NCBI GenBank assembly: GCA_031385045.1
Contig: JANNBC010000052.1
Span: 1 to 64,000 of the forward strand
Origin: a bacterium
GTDB lineage: Bacteria; Bdellovibrionota_C; UBA2361; CALJRW01
DNA length: 64,000 bases
Reading direction: 5' to 3'
Position 1 is the stretch's first letter. Each line of letters begins with the position of its first letter. This document shows positions 48,555 to 58,467 of the stretch, one piece after another. The position numbers were made by a program, and so were the translations under genes. The notes under the pieces were generated by a model, which did not search any database, had not been told where the DNA came from, and worked only from the letters and a program-made list of their open reading frames with translations.

Positions 48555-49720
48555 CGGGGCACTTCCCGATCTGCTATTAAAAACTGCTCAATAGCACTTT
48601 TTAAATCTTGTTGTGAAACTAAGAAATCACGCTTGCCGGAAATCGTTTCTCTTTTGAAAGAGTTAATTCCTGCCTGATTACATATTCCGCTAATATCAGC
48701 AGCCGAAAGCCCCTCAGTTACTTTTGCTAAAATTCGGACATCAACACCATCCGCTAATTTTAATTTCTTAAGATAAAGCTGGAACAAATGAAGTCGAGCA
48801 TTTAGATCAGGCTGAGGAATAGTAATCTCTTTATTTAATCTCCCAGAACGCTTTAAGGCTGGATCGATTAGATCTGGACGGTTAGTTGCTCCAATTACGT
48901 AAATACCTTCGGTCTTATGAACACCATCAATCAATTGCAAAAAGTGATTTAATAAATTCTCAGACCACTGCTCACCACCACTAGAACGTGCTCGACCAAT
49001 AGAATCAATCTCATCAATAAAAACAATCGCTGGCTTATATTTATTAGCAGCATTAAATAAATTACTTAGATTTTTTTCTGAATCCCCAACCCATTTAGAA
49101 ATGACCTGATCGGCTGAAAAAGAAAAAAAGTTTAGGCCCGCCGTGTTAGCAATAACCTTAGCAATGGTTGTTTTCCCATTTCCCGGAGGACCACTAAAAA
49201 TAATCCCCTTGGGGATTTTAACACCATATTTAGCAGAAGTTTTAGGATCGCGTAACAATTCAATCACCGAAAGAATTTCGATCTGAATCTCCTGTGGAAT
49301 AATCAAGTCATCCCAGGTTAAATTTTCAATTTCTTGATTCTGAGGGCGAATATCTATAGCCGAGTTCTTAGTTGTAGGATCTTGCGCATTTCCAGCACCA
49401 GTAGCTGCAGACTGCGCCACTATATACTTATTCAGCGGATTTTTGAAAAGAATAATTAAAAAAGTTGTAATTAAGGGTAAGACATGGAGCAATGTAAAAT
49501 AGACCACATGCCGGCTTGCTCCTCCACTATAGAGTGAAATTGTCTTTAAAGTGACGACAACTGTCAAAAAGGCTGAGATACTGATTAGCAAGAAATCACC
49601 CATTTTTTGCTTTTTAATATCAAACCAAAAACGAGTATGAAAAGGGAAATAGATTAGTGGTAACAGCTGAAAGATAAAAAGGCTTAAAAGCCCTGGTTCA
49701 AAGTAATTAACAACTGTCAT
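48551..49720 (-). CDS. Membrane-anchored AAA+ ATPase (single AAA domain, no protease domain)
   Basis: About three N-terminal TM segments; GPPGNGKT, SKWVGDSE, VFIDEIDS, GATNRPDLIDPALKRSGR. Confidence 0.88.
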   Translation of the reverse strand: MTVVNYFEPGLLSLFIFQLLPLIYFPFHTRFWFDIKKQKMGDFLLISISAFLTVVVTLKTISLYSGGASRHVVYFTLLHVLPLITTFLIILFKNPLNKYIVAQSAATGAGNAQDPTTKNSAIDIRPQNQEIENLTWDDLIIPQEIQIEILSVIELLRDPKTSAKYGVKIPKGIIFSGPPGNGKTTIAKVIANTAGLNFFSFSADQVISKWVGDSEKNLSNLFNAANKYKPAIVFIDEIDSIGRARSSGGEQWSENLLNHFLQLIDGVHKTEGIYVIGATNRPDLIDPALKRSGRLNKEITIPQPDLNARLHLFQLYLKKLKLADGVDVRILAKVTEGLSAADISGICNQAGINSFKRETISGKRDFLVSQQDLKSAIEQFLIADREVPR

Positions 49721-50067
49721 TTTATCTTATTGTAAATTTCAAAAAGAATAGTCTCAAAAATAGTAATTCTAGCCCTTTTCTCTAATTTCATAATACAAAA
49801 GCAACTTCAAATGGTATTTCATTATACCCGCAAAGACTTCTGACAAGAACTAGATACTAAGATGTCCCAAAAACCCCCAATCGGTTTTCGTATAACAATC
49901 TGGTAAAGAGATCTAAAAAAGGCTATAACCCATTGTGTTCACGAATTAAGTTCCCCATGTGGACTTAAAACTAACACTGAGCCTTCACTACGTTCTCAGA
50001 AAAACAGCCTTTTAAATGTTATGACAACGTAGGTGAATTAGTAGCTATTAATTTTAACAGTATATAA

Positions 50068-51942
50068 ATGTTACAGCTTTTACATAAGTACCAAAAATCC
50101 GTTTTATTACTTTTCACAGTAGTAATCATCTGTGTCTCCATGATGAGCTTTGGAGTTAGATCCTATGGCAAGAATCGCCAAGCAAGCTTTGCGCTAAAGA
50201 TTAACGGGGAAGAAGTTACTCAACAGCAGTTTGCTATTGCCAAGTCCAACCTAGAAAATAATTATCGCCAACAATTTGGGGATTTTTACCAGCAATTAAT
50301 CCAAATGGGTGGCTTAAACCTTCAACAACAAACAATTGATCGTTTAATTGAAGAAACGCTTTTAACCCAATTTAGCTCCCAACAAGATCTTGTTGTTAGC
50401 AAGAAAGATTTACACAAAGCTTTAGTTAGCTTTCTAGGAGCCGATCTTTCTGCTGAAAAATACCAAACCTTTCTTCAAAATACAGGGCAAACAGCAGCTA
50501 GTTTTGAATCTCGCCTAGCCAAGCAATTAACTCCAAGCATTTTTGGCGAAATCGTAAGTGATCACCTAAATATTTCTCAAGTTGAGTTAGAATCAGCAAT
50601 TAAGAAAGAAGAAACTACTTATAGCTATAAAGCTTTTGTTTTTGATCCAACAAAACAACTAGCTAAGGTTGCTGAGCCTTCCGCTGAAGAGCTAGAGTCC
50701 TACTATCAGGATCATGCTTCTGACTATGAAACTCCAGAGAAGGCTAGCTACAACTTAGTAACCTTGACGCCAGCTGAGAATTTAAGCTTAGTAGAAATCA
50801 CGGAAGATGATATTGAAATCTACTATACCGAAAATCAGGAAAAGTTTGCCACTCCTGAAAAAGCTCTAGTTCGTAGTATTATTTTAAAGAGAGACCCTAG
50901 CAATATAGTTGCCGATCAAACTGCCAGTAGCCTAGCAGATAGCTTAATTAAAAAAATCAATGAAGGTGAGGACTTTGAAAAATTAGCCAAAGCTAATTCT
51001 TCTGATGCCAAAAGCGCGGACGCCAAGTGGGTAGAAAAAGGCAAAAGCCCGAAGGAGTTTGAGGCCGTCGCTTTTGATCAAGGCTCGATGGGCTCAGCTA
51101 AATTAGTAACAACGGACGCTAGTTATCAAATCCTTCGCGTCGAAGATTATCAAGATGGTAAAATAAAACCACTATCAGAAGTCTCTCCAGAAATTAAAAA
51201 GAAATTACAGGAGCGAGATGTTGTTGCCTACCTTCAGGTAAAAGCAGAAGATCTTTATGCTAATTGGCAAGAGTCTGGAAAACCTTTGGCTGATTTTGCA
51301 ACTGAGCAAAAGCTGACTCTACTAAAAACGGATGTTGCTAAAAGTGCCAATGAAGACTTAGAAAATACAACAGGATTAAGCAAATTAGTCTTAGCGCAAA
51401 AAGATTTAACAAAACAAATTCAAGAGATTTCTGGAAATTACTATTTAGTGGAAATCTCCGAAGTAGTTGCTAGTAAAATCCCCGAGCTTGCCGAAGTGAA
51501 AGAAAAACTATTAGCAGATTTTAAAGCAGAAAAATCAGTTGAATTTGCCAGAACACAAGCAGATGAATTCTTAGCTAAAGTTTCCGAAGCAAATAGCAAT
51601 TTAGATACTATTAAAGCAGGTTACGAAGTAGAGACTATTAGTCGTGAGTCTATTAAAAAATCTGGGCAAGAAGAGGAGCTTCTTTCTCCTGAAATTAAGG
51701 AAGACCTATTTTCTCAGTCGGCTCCAGGGATTCTCCCAAAGACTTATCAACATCAAAATAATAAGTATTATATCCTCAAGGTGGAAACTATTGTTCCACC
51801 AACAGGCGAGACGATTCAAGCAAAAATCAAAGAGCAACAAGAAAAACTTCGAAAAGATTTACAAAATAAATTTTTAAGCTCTTTGATTGCTCAACTAAAA
51901 GCGCAAGCTAAAATTGAAATTGCTCCTAGCCTAATAAGCTAA
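50068..51942 (+). CDS. ppiD: PpiD-like periplasmic chaperone (SurA N-terminal and rotamase-like domains)
   Basis: N-terminal TM anchor, INGEEVT, GEDFEKLAKANSSD, 624 aa. Confidence 0.82.
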   Translation: MLQLLHKYQKSVLLLFTVVIICVSMMSFGVRSYGKNRQASFALKINGEEVTQQQFAIAKSNLENNYRQQFGDFYQQLIQMGGLNLQQQTIDRLIEETLLTQFSSQQDLVVSKKDLHKALVSFLGADLSAEKYQTFLQNTGQTAASFESRLAKQLTPSIFGEIVSDHLNISQVELESAIKKEETTYSYKAFVFDPTKQLAKVAEPSAEELESYYQDHASDYETPEKASYNLVTLTPAENLSLVEITEDDIEIYYTENQEKFATPEKALVRSIILKRDPSNIVADQTASSLADSLIKKINEGEDFEKLAKANSSDAKSADAKWVEKGKSPKEFEAVAFDQGSMGSAKLVTTDASYQILRVEDYQDGKIKPLSEVSPEIKKKLQERDVVAYLQVKAEDLYANWQESGKPLADFATEQKLTLLKTDVAKSANEDLENTTGLSKLVLAQKDLTKQIQEISGNYYLVEISEVVASKIPELAEVKEKLLADFKAEKSVEFARTQADEFLAKVSEANSNLDTIKAGYEVETISRESIKKSGQEEELLSPEIKEDLFSQSAPGILPKTYQHQNNKYYILKVETIVPPTGETIQAKIKEQQEKLRKDLQNKFLSSLIAQLKAQAKIEIAPSLIS

Positions 51943-51998
51943 GATTAAGACACGCTCACTACTAGCTACCAGATATTGGTCTAAAATTAAGGAATAGT

Positions 51999-53456
51999 AT
52001 GCCAAAAGACTATTTTAAAATTGAGAATTGTTCTGCGCTAAGTGACTTAGCTAGCGGAGCAAAGATTCATCTAATCGGAATCTGTGGCGTAGCCATGGGT
52101 CAACTAGCTGTGGCACTTGCCAAGCAGGGCTACCAGGTTAGTGGAAGTGACCAAGCCTTTTATGAGCCAATGGGTTCATTTCTAAAATCTCATAACCTAG
52201 AACTTTTTACAGGATATCAAGAGTCCAATATTCATACTGATTATGACTTAGTAGTAATTGGCAATGCCATCAGCTATGGACATCCTGAAGTTTCCGAAGT
52301 GGAAAGGCTAGAGCTTTCGTATACCTGTTTTCCAAAACTACTTGCAGAATTAGTTATTGCAGGAAGAACATCAATCGTTGTAACAGGAACGCATGGCAAA
52401 ACAACAACTTCCGCCTTAATTGCCCAATCGTTAAGAGAACTTCATCCAGCTTCCTCCTATTTCATCGGTGGGGTTGTAAAAAGTCTACCACTAAGTTTAG
52501 AAGCAGAGAAAGGACAATTCTCCGTAGTGGAAGGGGATGAATATGACAGTGCCTTTTTTGCTAAGGTTCCTAAGTTCTCATTTTATCCAGCAGACATTTG
52601 TATTATTAATGCCGTGGAGTTTGATCATGCAGATATTTATGACTCCTTAGAAATAATCAATCAAGAGTTTACTAAACTTGTAACAAACCTAAAACCATCG
52701 GCGACCCTAATTGCTTGCCTTGATTTTCCAAATCTTAAGGACTTAATTAAAGTTTGGAAGCAAAGTTCTCCGGCTAAGATCATCACCTTTGGTGAAGACT
52801 TAGAAGCAGACTGTTGTATTACTAAAGTTAGTTATCTTAATCAGAAGCAAATAGTTAATTTTAAATTTCAAAATGAGATCTTTGAAATTACAACTAATCT
52901 TGTAGGAAGTTACAATGCGAGAAATGCTGTCGTCTCAGCGCTGGCTTTAAAATTAGCCAACTTTTCCTGGGAAGAGATTAAATTAGCTCTTGCTACCGCC
53001 GAAGCACCAAAGCGTCGGCAGGAAAAACTCTTAGAAAAAGGCGAGCAATTATTTATTGAAGACTTTGCCCATCATCCAACGGCAGTAAAACAAACCCTTA
53101 AAAGCTATCGTGAGATTTATCCCACAAAACCGCTTTGGGCAATTTTTGAACCGGCTTCAAATACTAGTCGTAGAAAAATCATGGAAGATGATTATCTAAA
53201 AGCTCTGGGGGTTGCCGATTCAATTATCATTATGGAACCAAAAACTAAAGGAAATTTGTCTTCCGAGGAACTTTTATCCACAAAGGATCTTTGTTCAAAC
53301 CTAGAGGCTTTAGGCAAACGCGCCAAAGCTTTTTCTACAGCAGAAGAAATTCTTAATGATCTAAATAAAAATCTTCCAGTTAATGGACTAGTAATTTTGA
53401 TGTCTAATAGTAGTTTTGGAGGCTTACGAGAACTATTAAGTAAGTCGTGGAATTGA
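51999..53456 (+). CDS. mpl: Murein peptide ligase (MurC-related)
   Basis: IGICGVAMG, GTHGKTTTS, EGDEYDSAFFAK.PKF, EFDHADIY, DFAHHPTA, MSN.SFGG. Confidence 0.88.
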   Translation: MPKDYFKIENCSALSDLASGAKIHLIGICGVAMGQLAVALAKQGYQVSGSDQAFYEPMGSFLKSHNLELFTGYQESNIHTDYDLVVIGNAISYGHPEVSEVERLELSYTCFPKLLAELVIAGRTSIVVTGTHGKTTTSALIAQSLRELHPASSYFIGGVVKSLPLSLEAEKGQFSVVEGDEYDSAFFAKVPKFSFYPADICIINAVEFDHADIYDSLEIINQEFTKLVTNLKPSATLIACLDFPNLKDLIKVWKQSSPAKIITFGEDLEADCCITKVSYLNQKQIVNFKFQNEIFEITTNLVGSYNARNAVVSALALKLANFSWEEIKLALATAEAPKRRQEKLLEKGEQLFIEDFAHHPTAVKQTLKSYREIYPTKPLWAIFEPASNTSRRKIMEDDYLKALGVADSIIIMEPKTKGNLSSEELLSTKDLCSNLEALGKRAKAFSTAEEILNDLNKNLPVNGLVILMSNSSFGGLRELLSKSWN

Positions 53457-53508
53457 ATGACTTGAACTACGAGAAAGTAAGGGTACTCAAGGAAAAAGAG
53501 AGGGAAGC

Positions 53509-53540
53509 TTCTTTGGCTGAGCTAGAGCTCAGCCAAAGAA
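53509..53540. terminator. Hairpin terminator between convergent mpl and atpE
   Basis: TTCTTTGGCTGAGCT-ag-AGCTCAGCCAAAGAA perfect 15-bp arms. Confidence 0.75.
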
Positions 53541-53552
53541 AGAGTGTAGTTA

Positions 53553-53846
53553 TTACTTAAGACCTAAAGCAATTACTAGACCGAAAATTGCCACACCTTC
53601 GATTAATACGAAACCTAAGATGTATGGTAAGAAAAGCTTACCTGCAGCAGATGGGTTACGGCTGATTGCTTCCAAAGCAGCGTTACCAACTTTACCAATA
53701 CCAAATCCTGCACCAATAACAGCTAAACCTACACCAATACCAGCTCCCAGAGGTGCTAGAGAAGCAACGGCTCCATCAGCAGCCCAAGCGGCATTAGAAA
53801 AAAGTAAAGCGGCTAAAACTACAAGATAGTTTGCTATCTTTTTCAT
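53553..53846 (-). CDS. atpE: F0 ATP synthase subunit c with N-terminal signal-like extension
   Basis: GxGxG helix, RNP loop, LIEG carboxylate; start set at the second ATG, which follows GGAG-A6. Confidence 0.95.
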   Translation of the reverse strand: MKKIANYLVVLAALLFSNAAWAADGAVASLAPLGAGIGVGLAVIGAGFGIGKVGNAALEAISRNPSAAGKLFLPYILGFVLIEGVAIFGLVIALGLK

Positions 53847-54013
53847 TTTTTTCTCCATTCAATATAAACCCACTGGCATTCATTTTTGACAAAAAATAAA
53901 TGCCAGTGGGCGAGCAAAATAATGGTTTTTCCATTTTTTGCCGTAAAAAATAATACCAAGCCCTCCCTAATTATATTTGATATTTTCAAAAATAATATGC
54001 GGAGGATTTATAA

Positions 54014-54766
54014 CTAATGTTCCTCTTCTTCATGCTGAGTTGCTAGAAGAATATAAACCATTGTTAAAACTGTAAATACGCCGGCCTGTAAAACAGAAAC
54101 CAGAACGCCTTTGGCAAGTAAAATTGGTCCAATTAGGACAAAGAAATTACCTGTTAACTCACCAATAGTACTAATGATTAAATGATCCGCTGTGATGTTC
54201 CAGTACATTCGTAGGTTAAGAGTAATAACCCGTAAAATCAGACTAATGATTTCTAACACAAACAAAAACATGGCAACTGGAATCAGTGGCTTAATACCTA
54301 AAACTGCATCTCCACCTGCAAAATGCTTTAAATAATTCTTTAAACCATGCTCTTTAACACCAAAAACGTTAAAAGCAATAAAAACAGCAATAGCTAAGCC
54401 AACGTTAATCCAAACGGTTGTCGTAATAGCCGGAAATCCAGGAATTAATCCTAGAAGATTAGCCAGTAAGATAAATAAGAAAAGGCTGGCATTTAGTGAA
54501 AAATATTTCCGATTCTCTTTACCAATTACGAAATCATGAAATTTAAGGAAACTTTCAGTAAAAAGGTCAAAGACATCAAATAGACTGAATTTTTTATCCG
54601 GGATTAGGTTTTCTTTAATAAATCCGCGGTCGGAGATACGACTTGTAGCAAGCTTCCCAATGAAGAAGATAACTAATCCAAGTACTAAGCCAAAAACAAA
54701 CTTCTCAGCTTCCACGCCAATAGAACCTTCAAATAAAGACTGCGTGTATGTAAAGTGACGTTCCAT
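54014..54766 (-). CDS. atpB: F0 ATP synthase subunit a
   Basis: NLLGLIPGF, E.IS...R..TL.LR...N...DH, LQA.VF..L..VYI, EEEH tail. Confidence 0.93.
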   Translation of the reverse strand: MERHFTYTQSLFEGSIGVEAEKFVFGLVLGLVIFFIGKLATSRISDRGFIKENLIPDKKFSLFDVFDLFTESFLKFHDFVIGKENRKYFSLNASLFLFILLANLLGLIPGFPAITTTVWINVGLAIAVFIAFNVFGVKEHGLKNYLKHFAGGDAVLGIKPLIPVAMFLFVLEIISLILRVITLNLRMYWNITADHLIISTIGELTGNFFVLIGPILLAKGVLVSVLQAGVFTVLTMVYILLATQHEEEEH

Positions 54767-55621
54767 ATTGAGTTTGAGTAGGGGCTAAAAGTAACTCTTT
54801 TAGCAATTAATTGTATTCGCTAAATCGCCACAAGTTTTATAAAAATTTGCTAATAATTGCAAGCTTCGATGATTGCCTAAATTTTAGCTTAACCCAGTAA
54901 CTCTTCTTACTTTAAGAGAGTTAAAGATAAATTTTGGAACACAAAAAAGCAGTAAAAGCCTAGCTCTTACAACAAAACAGTGGGACGTTCCATCTTCCAG
55001 AAAATAGTAAGACCAATCAATGATTAAGAAAGGCTAGAGTAATCAAAAAGCTGTCAAATAATTTCTTTTTAAAAACTAATTTTCTTTTCTTTTGGTAATA
55101 AATTTCTTTTAAAAACATGAATTTCTTTTAAAAAGTTTTTACTTACTACAAGTGAAAAAAACCAAGCATGAAATTAAGCACTTATAAATTTGATCGTACC
55201 TGGCTAGCAGATCTAATTTAAAATTTGATTTTAATTACTTAAATGAATTTTTTATAAACTACTAATTTTGCTTTCAATTAAAAAAAATAACTTTTTTACT
55301 TTTGATTTACCTTGATTGATCAGGAAGAGATCAACTACATTGCATTCTGGATTTGGTTTTTAGTTCACACTTTCTTAGAAATTATTTTAGAAATACCAAC
55401 AAAGTTTTTCTGAAATTACTATAAAAATGCTGGACAGGTTTTTACAATCGCTCAATAAATAAAAAAGTTGAGCCGATTTCAATGAAGTAGCTTCCTAACA
55501 GATAGGACAATTTCGCTAGGGTTTCAGATTAAGGTTTTTCCTAAACATTCTTTCATCATTTGATGCTTTCAAATAAAGAGTTTAGCTCTTTAGGAAAATT
55601 TTTGTCTTTAAAAATATTTTA

Positions 55622-57031
55622 ATGACCCTTACCCTGGAAAATAACAGCAATTTACTTGAAACAACATGGCAACAATCAATCCAACAAATACAAAAAGAAA
55701 TAGACCCCGAAGTATTTGCTGCCTTTCTTAATCCAGTACGCTTTGTAACAGCGAGTCCGGAAGAACAATCAATTACGATTTCAGCTCCTTCTGAACTAAT
55801 TAAAAGTCACTTAGAAAATAAATTTTCAGATCGGATTAAAAGTTATTTTAGTCAAAAATTAGGAAGTTCTGAATATCGTTTAATTTATCAAATTCAAGAC
55901 TCATCTAATACTTACACTAGCTTAGCTCCAAATATTCAGAAGAAAGTCGCGCCAACTAACTTTGTTGCTGAACCAGAGCTAGACACTAAGGGTAACTCTT
56001 TTAAAACGAATTTAAACCCTGAGTATACTTTTGAAAATTTTGTTGTTGGACAATACAACGAATTTGCTTATGGCTTAGCCAAGCAGTTAGCAAACTCTAA
56101 ACAAAGTGAGTCTTGCTCTGCTAGCCCATTATTTTTTCATGGTGGTGTAGGTCTAGGCAAGACTCATTTGATGCAAGCTATTGGCCACCAGTTTTTACGT
56201 CAAAACCCTGAGGCTCGAGTTTATTATACTTCTTCCGAAAACTTCACCAATAAATTAATTGGTTCAATTAGGACTGGTCAAGTTGATAAGTTTAAAAAGC
56301 AGATTCGTTCCATTGATTTGCTATTAATTGATGATTTTCAGTTTCTAGCCAAGAAGCAACATACACAAGAAGAGTTCTTTCATACTTTTAACTCACTTCA
56401 TGAAAGAGGAAGTAAAATTGTAATCGTTGCCGATAAATTACCACAAGAGCTTTCTGATCTTGATGAAAAGTTAAAGAGTCGTCTTTCTTGGGGAGTAACT
56501 GTTGATTTTCAAAACCCTGATCAAGCAACAAGACTTGCGATTGTTAAATCTAAAGCAAAACAGAAGAAAATCTTTTTAGATCGTGGAGTTGCTGAACTGA
56601 TTGCTGAAAGAGTTACTAATAATATCCGAGAGTTAGAAGGTGCAATTAATCGGATTACGGCTTTAGCTAGCCTGCGTCGTGAAACTATTAATATTAACTT
56701 GGCACAACAAAGCTTAGACTCTTTTGTTAAGCCAAAAAAGTTAGAGGTTAGTTTTCGTGAAATAAAATCTGTTGTGGCTAATTACTTTGAGTTAAAGGTT
56801 GGCGATTTAGAATCAAAACGAAGATTACAAAGAATCTCATTTGCCAGGCAAATTGCTGTTTATTTAATACGAAAACACACGAGCATTCCGTATTTAGAGA
56901 TTGGTCTTTACTTTGGTGGTCGTGATCATTCTAGTATTATTTATGCCTCACAGAAGATTGAAAAAGAATTATTAACCTCTGCAAAGGTTAAATTAGTTAT
57001 TTCTGAAATCGAGAATAAAATTTTATCCTAG
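55622..57031 (+). CDS. dnaA: Chromosomal replication initiator DnaA
   Basis: LNPEYTFENFVVG, GGVGLGKTHL, LLIDDFQFL, QEEFFHTFN, RELEGA, FGGRDHSS. Confidence 0.97.
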   Translation: MTLTLENNSNLLETTWQQSIQQIQKEIDPEVFAAFLNPVRFVTASPEEQSITISAPSELIKSHLENKFSDRIKSYFSQKLGSSEYRLIYQIQDSSNTYTSLAPNIQKKVAPTNFVAEPELDTKGNSFKTNLNPEYTFENFVVGQYNEFAYGLAKQLANSKQSESCSASPLFFHGGVGLGKTHLMQAIGHQFLRQNPEARVYYTSSENFTNKLIGSIRTGQVDKFKKQIRSIDLLLIDDFQFLAKKQHTQEEFFHTFNSLHERGSKIVIVADKLPQELSDLDEKLKSRLSWGVTVDFQNPDQATRLAIVKSKAKQKKIFLDRGVAELIAERVTNNIRELEGAINRITALASLRRETININLAQQSLDSFVKPKKLEVSFREIKSVVANYFELKVGDLESKRRLQRISFARQIAVYLIRKHTSIPYLEIGLYFGGRDHSSIIYASQKIEKELLTSAKVKLVISEIENKILS

Positions 57032-57355
57032 TTTTTCTAAAAATTTATCTAAGGTCATTTTAAATAAGACTCTGAATTTACTAAAAAATAGATTGATACC
57101 TATCTTTTCTGTGGAAAACTTGTGGAAAGCCTGTATGATAAATGATGAGAAACTCTCCCGATTCTAAGTAATCTTTTACTTTTTCCTAAATAACTAATAA
57201 TTTTGTGGAAAAGAAAGTTTTTATTTACTTTTTATTAACAAGATTTATTATAAAAATATAAGTTAATTCCAGAAGTTAAGTTGTTTTTCAACTAAAACCC
57301 TAGTGCTTATTATTATTATTATCTTTATATATAAATATATTATAAGAAAAGACTT
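57032..57355. other. Probable replication origin (oriC) between dnaA and dnaN
   Basis: DnaA-box-like TGTGGAAAA (57110, 57204) and TGTGGAAAG (57121); trinucleotide run TTATTATTATTATTAT at about 57307-57322 followed by an almost pure AT tract. Confidence 0.78.
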
Positions 57356-58462
57356 ATGAAATTAAAAATAGATTCTAAAGAACTTCAATCAATCCTTTCA
57401 GGTTGTGCCAATATTGTTGATCGCAAAGCGACAATGCCAATCTTAGCTAACATCTTAATCAGTGCTAAGGCTAATCAACTAACCTTATCAGCCACTGACT
57501 TAGAAGTAACAGCCATGGTATCTGGAGATGCACAAATTCAAGAGCAGGGTTCAATTACTGTAAATGCGAAAATTTTAACTGATATTATTCGTGAACTACC
57601 AGAAGGCTCTGTTTCTTTAGAACTTAAAGAAGGCAGTCGCTTAGAAATTTTAGCAGGTGGCTCTAAAATGAAAATTGTTGGTTTTAGTGCTGATGAATAT
57701 CCAACACTTCCGGGTATGGGAATAAATGCTAGTAGTAAAGTAAGTGCTACTAAATTTTTAGATATGATCAACAAAACTCTCTATGCTGTCTCTGACGATG
57801 AAACGAGCTTCAATTTAACGGGCGTATTCCTATGCTCAGTCGATAAACAATTGCGAATGGTAGCTACAGATGGACACCGAATTGCTGTCGTTAACAGGGA
57901 CGTAGAGGGGATTAAATTAGGGGAAGGTGTAATTATCCCCAAAAAAGGTTTATCTGAAATTAAAAAATATTTGCATGACTTAGCAGATGCTGAAGTTGGT
58001 TTAGCAATTAAAGATGGATTTTTAATTTTAAATTCTAATAATGCTAAATTTTCCGTTCGTTTAATTGATGCCGATTATCCTGATTATCAACAAGTTGTTC
58101 CTAAGTCTTCGGAATCAGAAGCAACTGTTCCATGTCAGGAGTTAAGTAGAGCACTTCGTCGAGTATCCTTACTTTCTGTTGATCGCATGAAAGGTGTAAA
58201 ACTTAAATTTACTAAAAATAAATTAGAGATTAAAAGTTCTTCACCTGAGCTTGGAGAAGCTTTAGAGGAATTAACAATCCAATATAGTGGGGATACAGTA
58301 GAAGTTGGTTTTAATGCCAATTACATCCAAGATATTATTACATCTCTTAGTGATTATGAAAATTTGAATATCTATCTCAATGGTTCATTAGGACCAGGTA
58401 AGTTCATGGCTGATTCTGATCCTGATTGTTATTCAGTAGTTATGCCAATGCGGATAGCCTAG
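57356..58462 (+). CDS. dnaN: DNA polymerase III beta clamp
   Basis: PILANI, ATDLE, VATDGHR, RLIDADYPDY, GFNA.Y, VVMPMR. Confidence 0.97.
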   Translation: MKLKIDSKELQSILSGCANIVDRKATMPILANILISAKANQLTLSATDLEVTAMVSGDAQIQEQGSITVNAKILTDIIRELPEGSVSLELKEGSRLEILAGGSKMKIVGFSADEYPTLPGMGINASSKVSATKFLDMINKTLYAVSDDETSFNLTGVFLCSVDKQLRMVATDGHRIAVVNRDVEGIKLGEGVIIPKKGLSEIKKYLHDLADAEVGLAIKDGFLILNSNNAKFSVRLIDADYPDYQQVVPKSSESEATVPCQELSRALRRVSLLSVDRMKGVKLKFTKNKLEIKSSSPELGEALEELTIQYSGDTVEVGFNANYIQDIITSLSDYENLNIYLNGSLGPGKFMADSDPDCYSVVMPMRIA

Positions 58463-58467
58463 GCTAA

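Noticed and set aside
54767..55621. rpmH or atpI/atpZ in the atpB-dnaA gap
   Set aside because: The frames I inspected are broken by stops and no MKRT-type or AtpI-like peptide was found.
57291..57300. ACTAAAACCC in oriC matching the MITE end
   Set aside because: 10-nt match lacking the TAT terminus and a partner arm; compatible with chance.
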